From a virus (Duplodnaviria; Caudoviricetes), in IMG/VR virus record IMGVR_UViG_3300021135_000011, positions 1,213-65,212 of that record: 64,000 bases of DNA; one strand, written 5' to 3'. The notes under the pieces were generated by a model. That model worked only from the letters and a program-made list of their open reading frames with translations. It did no database searches and was not told where the DNA came from. The translations under genes were made by a program, and so were the position numbers. The number at the start of each line of letters is the position of its first letter. Position 1 is the stretch's first letter. This document shows, in pieces, positions 1 through 9,238 of this stretch.

Positions 1-285
1 ACAACCGCTCATTAAACACTGAGGGTTTATTTCAGGTGTTACATAAGGCGCAGTAATACCAGAAGTAACAGCATATAAATGCGCTATCTCAGAATTTATT
101 GTTGTAACTTCAGTAGATAGTGTTGTATAATTGCTAATAAGATTGTTTACACTTTGCCCAACTAATACTAAATAACTATATGGATATAATGATGTAACAG
201 GATTTCCGTTAGTATCATTATATTGTAAATTACTTGGAAGGGTTATTAAAATATTAGGAACCCAATTTGGTATTGGTGTAGGCAT
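1..285 (-). CDS. Partial virion/structural protein (runs off the window edge)
   Basis: ATG at 285, open to base 1 (MPTPIPNWVPNILITLPSNLQYND...NPQCLMSGC); follows the 290..658 gene in the late operon; absent from the ORF track. Confidence 0.65.
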   Translation of the reverse strand, partial: MPTPIPNWVPNILITLPSNLQYNDTNGNPVTSLYPYSYLVLVGQSVNNLISNYTTLSTEVTTINSEIAHLYAVTSGITAPYVTPEINPQCLMSGC

Positions 286-289
286 ATTA

Positions 290-658
290 TTAACAATTTG
301 TACATGGAACAGTACTACCTGTCCCAGAAGTTAAATTATTTACTTGTGTTTGTAAAGAAGTTATTTGTGTTTGTAAAGAACACATATAGTTTATCATTAA
401 CTGAAGTACTGGTATAAGTTGTGTTGGGTTTTGACACGATGGGCATGGTGTATAGAAACATGACAAATCTAATCCTGACATATTCAACATACTTTGTATA
501 TAACAAGATTCTTGACCTAAGTTGTATAATACATCGCTTACAGACCACCCGGTGCAATTAGGTAGGCATGGAATTGGTGTTCCATTATAAGGAACACAAT
601 TAGAACCAGTTACATCTCCACAATTATTACTTGTACTATTTGGTATCAATGGTTGCAT
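290..658 (-). CDS. Cys-rich putative structural protein
   Basis: NCGDVTGSNCVPYNG, CxxC pairs and a short coiled coil; late-operon context. Confidence 0.6.
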   Translation of the reverse strand: MQPLIPNSTSNNCGDVTGSNCVPYNGTPIPCLPNCTGWSVSDVLYNLGQESCYIQSMLNMSGLDLSCFYTPCPSCQNPTQLIPVLQLMINYMCSLQTQITSLQTQVNNLTSGTGSTVPCTNC

Positions 659-887
659 TATTATCTTTTGTTAATTGTGCTACTGAGGTCATTATAACTC
701 CAGCAACTAATAAATGAGAACAAATTTTAAGAATAGAGTCTGAAATAACTGCGCCTGTATACGTTGTGGGTATTGCCACTACTGGACCACAAATACCACT
801 TATACATAAGCCCAATGCTCTTATTTTTTTAAAAAAAGGCGGAGTTTTAGATATAAGTCTTGAAAAAATTTCGCTGTAAAACGGCAT
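636..887 (-). CDS. Holin-like two-TM membrane protein
   Basis: Basic N-terminus (TPPFFKKIR) then two hydrophobic segments; 83 aa. Confidence 0.55.
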   Translation of the reverse strand: MPFYSEIFSRLISKTPPFFKKIRALGLCISGICGPVVAIPTTYTGAVISDSILKICSHLLVAGVIMTSVAQLTKDNNATIDTK

Positions 888-888
888 A

Positions 889-1152
889 TTAGGACTGTTC
901 TAAAGTTAAAACGCGATGATCTAGTTCCTTCATTGTTGAAACGAGGTCATCAATTCTTGTAGTCATATTAATGATTTTTTCATCATTTTTTGCAAGTTGA
1001 ATAAGAACCTCTCTAATATCCTTATTCATTTCTTTAATTTCTCTATTAGTACTATCTTGACTCTTTTTTATTGCACTTAGAATAAAAACAATCCAAACAC
1101 CTAGAAGAGAAAGTATTATACCTGTAATTGAAACGATTACTGTTGCAGACAT
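889..1152 (-). CDS. Single-TM coiled-coil protein (lysis-associated/holin-like)
   Basis: N-terminal hydrophobic helix, heptad coiled coil ending RVLTLEQS. Confidence 0.55.
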   Translation of the reverse strand: MSATVIVSITGIILSLLGVWIVFILSAIKKSQDSTNREIKEMNKDIREVLIQLAKNDEKIINMTTRIDDLVSTMKELDHRVLTLEQS

Positions 1153-1175
1153 TAAATTTTATTTTGAGTTTATAA

Positions 1176-1997
1176 TTAATAACTTGACATACAATACCAT
1201 GTTGTATTAGAAGTTCTATATTTAAAAATATAAGTGTCACCTGTATTTGTAGATAAAGAGGATACTGGATTTTTTAACATATGCTGCCCTGAATTAGGTA
1301 AAATTGTAGTAGATGTACACACAATATTATTTCCTGTTAATTGCCCTCCAAAAGAAATTACTATTTCCTGACCATCTACAGGCGAGGAAGAAAGTGTTAT
1401 TGTACAGGATGCAACTAAAGAAGGTGGATCATAATATAATCCTCTTACACCATCATTTATCGTTAATGTACCACTTCCATTATCAACCTGCATTGTTGGG
1501 GTGGCGATTGCATTAGTCTGTATTGCAACTGAATTTACATAATCTTCCTCAAGATATGTTGTACTTAGATTATTATCTATGTCTCCCAATCGAGCATAGT
1601 TTTCTGTAAGCTCTACGTAATCTCCGAACTTAGTAGTAAATCCTGATATAAATGAAATAGGTGAAGTTGTACTTGTATAAAATTTTGCACCAGGAGTCAT
1701 ATTACCATCAATATCCCCGATTGCTTGTCGTTTTGTATTAATCTCTAATAATTTTACACCTAAAACACCTACATTTAATCCTTCTGTCCCACCTGCAATA
1801 TTACTGTAATTGAAATCACTAAATGATGTAATACCTGTACCGGAACCAACTACTATTTGATTTAATGGTTGTGAGTTACTACCACCTTCAGCTAAGATAG
1901 TTTCAATATAATTTATACGATTTTTTTGAAACTTACTCGCTTCAATTAACCAATAAACTTGATCTACTAATCCTAAATATTGTGGATTTGGTGTCAT
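1176..1997 (-). CDS. Putative virion (fibre-like) protein
   Basis: G/S/T/N-rich beta-type sequence; C-terminus TITLSSSPVDGQEIVI...GDTYIFKYRTSNTTWY resembles small beta-sandwich fibre modules. Confidence 0.5.
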   Translation of the reverse strand: MTPNPQYLGLVDQVYWLIEASKFQKNRINYIETILAEGGSNSQPLNQIVVGSGTGITSFSDFNYSNIAGGTEGLNVGVLGVKLLEINTKRQAIGDIDGNMTPGAKFYTSTTSPISFISGFTTKFGDYVELTENYARLGDIDNNLSTTYLEEDYVNSVAIQTNAIATPTMQVDNGSGTLTINDGVRGLYYDPPSLVASCTITLSSSPVDGQEIVISFGGQLTGNNIVCTSTTILPNSGQHMLKNPVSSLSTNTGDTYIFKYRTSNTTWYCMSSY

Positions 1998-2371
1998 ATT
2001 GCTAAATAAGAAAATGTTACATTAAAGGGTGTAGATGCAATAGAAGATTCATAATATACTATAATTCCGTTTGTAGTTGGCGTAGAAGATAGAACAATTA
2101 CAAAATTTGATAATCCTGTAAATGGAACCGCTGCTTGAACTACTGTACTTATAGGCGTAAAAGATAGTGGAATTATTGTATTACTTATTGTAGCACCACT
2201 AGTAGCAATATTTACATTATGTGATCCTATTGTCGGACCACCAGCGGTTCCTAAAAATTCTGTTATACCACTTAAGGCTAAGTTTAAATTTGCACCTGTA
2301 ATACTATCAGTACCATTAGTATTGACATATGTATTAATAAAAGACTGTAAAGATGCAATTGTTGGAAACAT
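1994..2371 (-). CDS. Putative virion protein
   Basis: T/S/G-rich; N-terminus NTNGTDSITGANLN; coupled to the downstream gene. Confidence 0.5.
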   Translation of the reverse strand: MFPTIASLQSFINTYVNTNGTDSITGANLNLALSGITEFLGTAGGPTIGSHNVNIATSGATISNTIIPLSFTPISTVVQAAVPFTGLSNFVIVLSSTPTTNGIIVYYESSIASTPFNVTFSYLAI

Positions 2372-2378
2372 AAATATA

Positions 2379-2729
2379 TTATTTAAAAAAATCTGAATTA
2401 AAATCTGAATTAAAATCGCCTACTGGAGAATAATTACATCCTGGAGTATTACAATACGGCGTTAACGCTACAAATGGAAATTGAGGATTTGAATTTTTTA
2501 CAGTAGTTAAAGACAATATACAGTTTTGTGGTGCATAACTTGATGCACACTGAGTACAGCAATCATCCAACTGTTGATATCTAAGTAATCGTTGTTCGAG
2601 CCAAACTAATTCTTTACTTTTTATATTACAATTTAAATCTATACCCCAAATAGTTTTATATGCAAACTTTTTAAAAGTGTTACAAAAATTACTAATTATT
2701 TCGTTTTTGTGTTGTAAAAAGTTTATCAA
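2379..2729 (-). CDS. Cys-containing hypothetical protein with GDFNSDFNSDF tail
   Basis: ORF track; 12-nt tandem repeat encoding DFNS at the 3' end. Confidence 0.55.
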   Translation of the reverse strand: MINFLQHKNEIISNFCNTFKKFAYKTIWGIDLNCNIKSKELVWLEQRLLRYQQLDDCCTQCASSYAPQNCILSLTTVKNSNPQFPFVALTPYCNTPGCNYSPVGDFNSDFNSDFFK

Positions 2730-2929
2730 AGTTTTCTATTTTTTATTTCTTCCTGTAATCGTTTTTCATCACGTACTCTTTTTTCATATTCTTGAAGACA
2801 TGCTGCACAACATTGCATACCATTTGTTGCAACTCTTTTTTGGCAGCTACAACTTAAAGACCTTTGACAGTTGGTGCACTTTTCCATATTATTATTGGTT
2901 TGGTTTATTTTTAATGACAAGTATGACAA
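2726..2929 (-). CDS. Small Cys-rich (Zn-binding-like) protein; probable start at MEKC
   Basis: CxxC...CxC...CCxxC; AAACCAAACCAA leader precedes the internal Met. Confidence 0.6.
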   Translation of the reverse strand: MSYLSLKINQTNNNMEKCTNCQRSLSCSCQKRVATNGMQCCAACLQEYEKRVRDEKRLQEEIKNRKL

Positions 2930-3465
2930 CCCCGACTTAAATCATTTAATTTTCTTTCAGCCAGACGATACATTTGTATTCCATCTGTAGGATTATTTTT
3001 ATCTTCAACTAAAAATTTTGCAGTTAATATTTGACTTTCTATTAATTGCATCTCTCTAATTAAAACTAATTTGTCATTTGTTGGATCGCAAGGTGTATCA
3101 TTTATCCAACATAATGTCTTTCTCCACCTCTCTTGTATAGCAACAATCCTTAACATGTTATACTCAACATAAACTAAAGAATTAGGACTAACAGAATATC
3201 TAAAGTGCCATATGCCGTCTGGAATATTTGGACATGTACTGCCACACCCTGTTTGTAACATACCTAATGTGCAAGCGTTTAAAAACAATCTAAATTGTTC
3301 AGATAAACCTGTATATACAGCAGGTGTTTGGTATCCTGGAGGAGTTATTTCTAAAGTTGGGCAATTAAATGGAATAGAAGAAGAGTAGATAGAACTATCC
3401 TCTACTCTAAGTATACCTAAGTTTGCATTCTCAGGAAAATCTAAAAACAATTGATGTCTATTCAC
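2911..3465 (-). CDS. Conserved crAss-like structural-module protein
   Basis: LEITPPGY, IPDGIWHFRYSVSPN motifs; own upstream promoter. Confidence 0.6.
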   Translation of the reverse strand: MNRHQLFLDFPENANLGILRVEDSSIYSSSIPFNCPTLEITPPGYQTPAVYTGLSEQFRLFLNACTLGMLQTGCGSTCPNIPDGIWHFRYSVSPNSLVYVEYNMLRIVAIQERWRKTLCWINDTPCDPTNDKLVLIREMQLIESQILTAKFLVEDKNNPTDGIQMYRLAERKLNDLSRGCHTCH

Positions 3466-3468
3466 AAT

Positions 3469-3500
3469 AAAATATACGTAAAATAATTGATAATTCCAAA
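3469..3500 (-). promoter_or_regulatory. Promoter TTTG-N20-TATATTTT
   Basis: Minus strand tttg 3500-3497, 20-nt spacer, tatatttt 3476-3469; Bacteroidota -33/-7 architecture. Confidence 0.65.
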
Positions 3501-3507
3501 TTAAGGT

Positions 3508-3543
3508 AAAAAGCCCCCAAATCCTATTAAGACTTAGGGGCTA
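3508..3543 (-). terminator. Rho-independent terminator
   Basis: Minus strand agcccctaagtc-ttaatag-gatttgggggct followed by a T-run, after the 3562..4935 gene. Confidence 0.8.
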
Positions 3544-3561
3544 GTTTTTAGAAATTTAATT

Positions 3562-4935
3562 TTAGAAATTTTCTAAGACAACTGTACTACCTGCTGCAGT
3601 TAAACAACCACCTATTAAGTTTGTAAAAGTTGTTGTAGTTGTACCTGTTGGTACATAGAATACAGCTTCCCATACACGGTTATTATCTGCGGGTTTAGGA
3701 TTAAACTGATCCTTATTTACATATCTGATATGTATTTCATCATATAGTGATTGAAGACTAACATTTACAAGAGTTACATCGTCTTCAATTTGACGCATCC
3801 TATAAAGATCAATTTCATAACCATCAGGGAAATTTTCCATCAGATACCTACGATAGGTAATCCATTCTCTAACAACCATTTGTCCAAGACCAGATACTTG
3901 CTGCACACTTTGTGTAGTAGCTACCATATTTGGAACAGATGTATTAATAGTTGTTGTAACTTGACACGGATCAGCACCTAAGCCATCATCCATTCTAAGA
4001 GATGCATAAATTAACAATGCATCAACATAGTAATAATCAGAAGGGGTAAATGTACAAGTATTAAATATTGTATCTACATATGCAGTTTGTAATTGTAAAG
4101 CTGCAGTTATTGTTGGTATTACTGTTCCACTTGTTGATGGTACATATGCACCACTTGCTACCGCTCCTGCACCTGCAGCTAAAGCTCCATAATAAGAACC
4201 CCCTACTACACCTGGTGCATTGATAGAAACATCATATGCAGAGAATACCTGAACAATACTTCCTGGAGCAATTGTATAAACTCCCGAACCTGCACCACCT
4301 GTAAGACTTGCATTAATAAATACTGCAGGATAGAACATTGTAGACAAGATTGGGTCTTGTTTTATAAAGTCTGACCATTGTAGCATAACAGTTGTCGGGT
4401 CTACTAATTGACCTGTACAACCTGATTGGCAATTCCCATTGCAACAACCTGTCCAAGCTTCAACATCACGATATACTTCATGTCCAAATACACGCAAGGC
4501 AGCCTCACCTTTAGCTTCCAAAAGAAGTCTATAAAACGTACCACATTGGAATGTAGGTCCAACTCCTTCGGTAGAGCCAGATACTGTTTGATTCCACCCA
4601 ACTGTAATTACCATTGGTAATGCAGTTTTTGCAGTTTTTTTCCAAAACCTTTGTATACCTAATACAGGTATTGTATGTGTCTTATCTGACATCTTATAAC
4701 CACCCATACCAGGAGCTATATTCTGTACTGTATGGTAAGATCCTGCGCCAATAAGTATTTGACCTGCAACACCGGTAGATATTGAAGTTCCTATAATACT
4801 ATTAGTTACAGGGAATACACCGATTCCACCTGCTGTAAGTGAAGTAGTGGTTGTTCCTGAACCAGCAAGAACCATTGTACCTCCTGACACTGCAGGAAGA
4901 AAAACCTCTCTAAAAGAACGAGTTTGGTAAGACAT
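3562..4935 (-). CDS. Putative auxiliary capsid/structural protein
   Basis: 457 aa, G/T/V-rich, WTGCC motif; downstream of MCP in crAss-like gene order; has its own terminator. Confidence 0.6.
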   Translation of the reverse strand: MSYQTRSFREVFLPAVSGGTMVLAGSGTTTTSLTAGGIGVFPVTNSIIGTSISTGVAGQILIGAGSYHTVQNIAPGMGGYKMSDKTHTIPVLGIQRFWKKTAKTALPMVITVGWNQTVSGSTEGVGPTFQCGTFYRLLLEAKGEAALRVFGHEVYRDVEAWTGCCNGNCQSGCTGQLVDPTTVMLQWSDFIKQDPILSTMFYPAVFINASLTGGAGSGVYTIAPGSIVQVFSAYDVSINAPGVVGGSYYGALAAGAGAVASGAYVPSTSGTVIPTITAALQLQTAYVDTIFNTCTFTPSDYYYVDALLIYASLRMDDGLGADPCQVTTTINTSVPNMVATTQSVQQVSGLGQMVVREWITYRRYLMENFPDGYEIDLYRMRQIEDDVTLVNVSLQSLYDEIHIRYVNKDQFNPKPADNNRVWEAVFYVPTGTTTTTFTNLIGGCLTAAGSTVVLENF

Positions 4936-4959
4936 GTTTATTTATTTTTTATTTATTGT

Positions 4960-5664
4960 TTAAGTATTATGTTGTTCTGCCTGATTTAGTCGTTGCATAT
5001 TTTGTTGCATATCTAAATCTCCAGATATTATAGCTGCGGCATCATCTATTATAAGTTCTATAACTGAATCTCTAAATTCACACAAAACATCTGATGTAGA
5101 GGTTAGACCTGTTTCTGTATCTGTACAACCATTAAATTGAACAGTTATAGGTTTTCTATAATAGATTACTTCAGGATTTATTATTTCAAATTTTTCTTCT
5201 GTATATATTCTTACTTTATTTCCAAAAAATGTAGAAAATGTTTCTGCCCATTTCCAACTGGGATTTTTGTTAGGGTCTTTAAGTAAAATGTCTACATCAG
5301 ATTCCTCAGCTTGATAAATTGTTAATCTTCTTGGCGGGCAACATTCATCTTTTTTAGCAAATGCAGATACTCTTGCAAAAACTATATAATCTGAAGGAAA
5401 ATCACAGGACTCATAAAATAAATGTCTATTTACAAATCCATCTTTCCATGTAACTAGTAGATTCTGTAAATCTGCAATAACTTGTGAATCGCCTTCACGA
5501 CCAACTCTTTTTTGATTTATTGCGTTTACTTGTCTACGAACCCACTCTCTTTGAGCCTTATTAAAAGCTTCTTGTATCTGCCAGCAAGGGATGTTGTCAA
5601 AATCTTCACTATCTAATTTGTTGACCCTTTGCTTTACTTTTAATTGTAGTAATGCATTATTCAT
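4960..5664 (-). CDS. Putative head-tail ring/adaptor protein
   Basis: VNKLDS...FNKAQREW, YYRKP, ELIIDDAAAI motifs typical of crAss-like ring proteins near MCP. Confidence 0.6.
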   Translation of the reverse strand: MNNALLQLKVKQRVNKLDSEDFDNIPCWQIQEAFNKAQREWVRRQVNAINQKRVGREGDSQVIADLQNLLVTWKDGFVNRHLFYESCDFPSDYIVFARVSAFAKKDECCPPRRLTIYQAEESDVDILLKDPNKNPSWKWAETFSTFFGNKVRIYTEEKFEIINPEVIYYRKPITVQFNGCTDTETGLTSTSDVLCEFRDSVIELIIDDAAAIISGDLDMQQNMQRLNQAEQHNT

Positions 5665-6121
5665 GATTATTATAAAATTTTAGATATTTTGTTAGATTTT
5701 CTAACACATTAATGTTATCATTAACAAAACCTAAAGCCTTATTACAGTTATCACAAAGTAATCCTCTTACCTCGCCTGTTTTGTGACTATGGTCAACACA
5801 TAATGATTTTTCTAAATCTGATTGATGTTTTCCACAACCTATACAATAACCTTCTTGTTTTTCAAAAATATTATTGTATTCTTCTATTGTTATATTATAA
5901 TTTAATTTTAAGAAGTATTCTCTAATTTTATCTTTATTTTTCTCTCGATATTTCTTATGTTGTAACTTTACTTCATTAAAATTATTATAGTAATATTCTT
6001 TATTATAAGTATTTCGCTTTTCTTTATTTTTCTTATAATAATTTTTAATATCTTCTTTATGAGTTTCTCTATATTTTTTACGATAAACTCTATCATATTC
6101 TCGTTTTTCTTCTTTTGTCAT
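5657..6121 (-). CDS. Endonuclease VII-family (HNH-type) homing endonuclease
   Basis: YNITIEEY...QEGYCIGC...LCVDHSHKTGEVRGLLCDNCNKALG. Confidence 0.9.
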   Translation of the reverse strand: MTKEEKREYDRVYRKKYRETHKEDIKNYYKKNKEKRNTYNKEYYYNNFNEVKLQHKKYREKNKDKIREYFLKLNYNITIEEYNNIFEKQEGYCIGCGKHQSDLEKSLCVDHSHKTGEVRGLLCDNCNKALGFVNDNINVLENLTKYLKFYNNHE

Positions 6122-6132
6122 AAAACGAGATT

Positions 6133-7209
6133 TTAGTTATTTAATTCGTTATCAACTTTTGCTTTTAATCTTTTTAATATATCCTGATTTAAAGGATTTT
6201 TTAAGAATGAAACTACTTCTTCTATTGTTCTACCGACAGGTATACCATCTTCCATAAAATATATTGTTCCTGTTCTATTTTGTTTATCTTCTATTCTGTG
6301 ATCTAAATACCTATATTTAGTTGCGCATTTTACTATAGAGCGAATTGCAAGTTCTTCGGTAGGTAATTTAGATAAATCAAGGAACCGTTGAGATGCCATT
6401 CTTTTATTCTTTTCCCAAAGTTCACCATCAATTCCTCTATCCATATTAAGATATACTATATCTGTAGGGGTTGAGCGTTTATATTGTGTTGGGTCTGGAT
6501 CAAAATTACGAGCAATTAGTAAAAGCTTTTCTACATCAGTATCTCTTAAATTATCAAGTATAGATTTTGCTTTATTTACAATTTTACGATATTCTGTATT
6601 AATTGCGGCAGTATTCTCTAATTTATCTAAATAAAATTTTGGGGGTGTTGGAAAAGGCCAACTATACGCATCTTCTAAAGATGGTGCTACTAAAGCTTTA
6701 TAACCACCTGCTCTTATTGCCCTTTCAATAAGAATGTCCATTGGACTAGTCATATCTAAAAACAATCCTGATTCAGTAAGTTCTAACGTAAATCCTTGTG
6801 GGTATTCTTTATCATTACCCCAAAAAGAAACATTAGTTGGTGCAAGTTCTGAACATTGTTTCCAGAAATCTTTATTTTTTAAAGATGGATCAACTTTATC
6901 TCCACCAAATAGCATATAATGTACAGTAGCAACTGTTTCTCTTATATCTTTACGTTCAGCTTCTCTTTCTTCATCTGTAAGTCTCATTAACTCTGGCGCA
7001 GTTTCATCAAGTCCATTTACTACTTTATAAACAGCTTCCCTTGTTAATGTACCTGGTGTAACTTCTTTTATAAAGATTGTATCTTTTTGCCGTGCACCAT
7101 CAAAAATGGACATACCATATTTCTCAAGTCCTGAATTACTAACATTTGGATTTACGAAGCATTTAATAGCTACGTTTGAACGTGCTTTTGATTTTGTTTG
7201 TACTTGCAT
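6133..7209 (-). CDS. Conserved crAss-like virion protein downstream of MCP
   Basis: 358 aa; C-terminal GRTIEEVVSFLKNPLNQDIL; synteny. Confidence 0.65.
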   Translation of the reverse strand: MQVQTKSKARSNVAIKCFVNPNVSNSGLEKYGMSIFDGARQKDTIFIKEVTPGTLTREAVYKVVNGLDETAPELMRLTDEEREAERKDIRETVATVHYMLFGGDKVDPSLKNKDFWKQCSELAPTNVSFWGNDKEYPQGFTLELTESGLFLDMTSPMDILIERAIRAGGYKALVAPSLEDAYSWPFPTPPKFYLDKLENTAAINTEYRKIVNKAKSILDNLRDTDVEKLLLIARNFDPDPTQYKRSTPTDIVYLNMDRGIDGELWEKNKRMASQRFLDLSKLPTEELAIRSIVKCATKYRYLDHRIEDKQNRTGTIYFMEDGIPVGRTIEEVVSFLKNPLNQDILKRLKAKVDNELNN

Positions 7210-7248
7210 ATATTGGTTTGGTTTTAAAAGAAAGGTATTATTATCTTG

Positions 7249-7452
7249 TTAGATTTTCTTTATACTGTCTGATACTTGTGTAGTGGTGTTATCTACTGCC
7301 GTGCTTATATCAGATTTTACTGTAGAAATATCAGTTTTTATTGTGTCTGTTGTATTAGTTACTTCTGTAGTTATTTCTTTTGATTCTTTTACACCAAAAT
7401 AAACAAGTGCTATTATAGCAGCAACCACACACATTGCAATTAATATTCCCAT
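7249..7452 (-). CDS. Small membrane-anchored protein
   Basis: N-terminal TM, T/D/S-rich heptad tail; own promoter. Confidence 0.65.
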   Translation of the reverse strand: MGILIAMCVVAAIIALVYFGVKESKEITTEVTNTTDTIKTDISTVKSDISTAVDNTTTQVSDSIKKI

Positions 7453-7473
7453 TAGTTTAATTTTTATTATAAT

Positions 7474-7505
7474 AAAATATACTAAATTTATTTGGATTTA
7501 CCAAA
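7474..7505 (-). promoter_or_regulatory. Promoter TTTG-N20-TATATTTT
   Basis: tttg 7505-7502, 20-nt spacer, tatatttt 7481-7474. Confidence 0.65.
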
Positions 7506-7512
7506 TTACTGA

Positions 7513-9198
7513 CTACAGTGAGTAGCCAGTAACAGGGTTTTTCATAACTATCTTTAGTACTTTGGTAGGGTCTTTTACCCATATTGCCTTATGTGGTTGG
7601 CGCATGAATACTTTGTAACCAAAGTCTCCCCCGTTTGATTGGAATCCGGTAGTACGACCCATATAGTCCATATTACCATTTTCATACCACCATCTAAGGT
7701 TGCTATCCCATGCTTTTTCAAGCATAAAGATATTATCATTTGCATTATCTGTGATATCAAAGATTAAGAAAGAATAAGAAGAAAGGTTAAACCCATTAAT
7801 CTTAGGATTTTCTATGTCGTTGTTATTAACATTATCAAAGGCAGGATTCAAAACAAAATTTACATTTGCTAAGAACGGTATTACAAACCCAGTGAAAGCA
7901 TAACCGTAGTTAAGATTCATTGACTCTAGTCTACCATCACCTGCTGCATTTGATGTAACAGCACCTAGTTCGTGAGCGTTTAATACAAGACCTGAGTTAA
8001 CTGTAGCTTTTTGAATTGCTTCATTAATAAGCTTCATACCACCCATACCTGTTTGTACTATAATTTTACGCTGAGGGTCTGGTCCTTTAAATTCTATTTT
8101 ACCATTATAAAAGTTAAACAATTCTGCTTTAAACAAATCAAGTGTAAAGTTTCCAAAATTATATATTCTCTTATAGTTATTATCAAGTTGTTTCCAAAGA
8201 CCTGTTGACAAACGCACACCGTCTGCACCATCTCTTTGTTGAATCAAACCGCCTTTACCCCACATTAATTGATATTCAATATCATGTGATATTTGGGCAA
8301 GACATTTGGCTTCAATAGCTGTTACGAAAGTACGAGAAAGGCGATTATCTTGCATTTGCTTTTTAGCCCAACCTTCGCCATTCCGCTTCATAGCTTCTTG
8401 GATATTTGGTATTGAAGGATCCGCACCCCAATCAAGCCATTTCCATATTTCAGTAACAAGCGATTCACCTTTTGCATTCATACCGCCCTTCATCATAAGA
8501 TCCAGTTTACCTGAAATCTCAAAAGAAGCATGTGCGTCTGATTGACCTACATAGTTATAAAACTCACGATAACCACCACGTATTTCTCCAAGATCATTAT
8601 ACTGTGTACCGTATTCTCCAATAGTTGAACCAGCAGAAAATATTTTTGTACCTGCAGTAAGATACTGATTATTTAAGAAATAAGTATTATTTGTTGTAGT
8701 TGGACCAGTTCCAAGTGTAGAACCTGCGTTGTTTACCAATTTAACGGTATACATCCAACCATCACCTTCCTGTATAATAGGTTCTGATGTAACATACATT
8801 TCAAGACCATTATACTTATCATAAGTGATGAGTGAACCATGTCCAAACGCGCGTTTATTCAAAAGTATTCTAAACGGCTGACCATCAACACCTTTAGTTG
8901 TGTTGTTAGGATCTATATCATATAAAATATATGGTAGTTCCTGTACAATTGGCAATTGCCATTTCCAACGACCTTGATAATCTTCAACTTTTTTAACATT
9001 TTTTCCACCAAATGAAGACATTTGATAAATAGGCATTTCTACCTTTTGAGTCATTGCCCAAAGATCAACAGGACCCATATCATCTGGACCAACATCTTTC
9101 AAAAAACTACGAAGATGGAATGAATCCATATTTGACCCATCAAGACGATACTGAGTATCACGAAGGAATATACCATTATTTAATACTGGTGTTGCCAT
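7513..9198 (-). CDS. Major capsid protein (crAss-like)
   Basis: 561 aa; YQLMWGKGG, TGMGGM, NPAFD, IWVKDPTK motifs; order terminase-portal-gene-MCP. Confidence 0.88.
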   Translation of the reverse strand: MATPVLNNGIFLRDTQYRLDGSNMDSFHLRSFLKDVGPDDMGPVDLWAMTQKVEMPIYQMSSFGGKNVKKVEDYQGRWKWQLPIVQELPYILYDIDPNNTTKGVDGQPFRILLNKRAFGHGSLITYDKYNGLEMYVTSEPIIQEGDGWMYTVKLVNNAGSTLGTGPTTTNNTYFLNNQYLTAGTKIFSAGSTIGEYGTQYNDLGEIRGGYREFYNYVGQSDAHASFEISGKLDLMMKGGMNAKGESLVTEIWKWLDWGADPSIPNIQEAMKRNGEGWAKKQMQDNRLSRTFVTAIEAKCLAQISHDIEYQLMWGKGGLIQQRDGADGVRLSTGLWKQLDNNYKRIYNFGNFTLDLFKAELFNFYNGKIEFKGPDPQRKIIVQTGMGGMKLINEAIQKATVNSGLVLNAHELGAVTSNAAGDGRLESMNLNYGYAFTGFVIPFLANVNFVLNPAFDNVNNNDIENPKINGFNLSSYSFLIFDITDNANDNIFMLEKAWDSNLRWWYENGNMDYMGRTTGFQSNGGDFGYKVFMRQPHKAIWVKDPTKVLKIVMKNPVTGYSL

Positions 9199-9238
9199 TT
9201 TGTATTTATTTTATATTTAATTTATTATTTATAATTTT

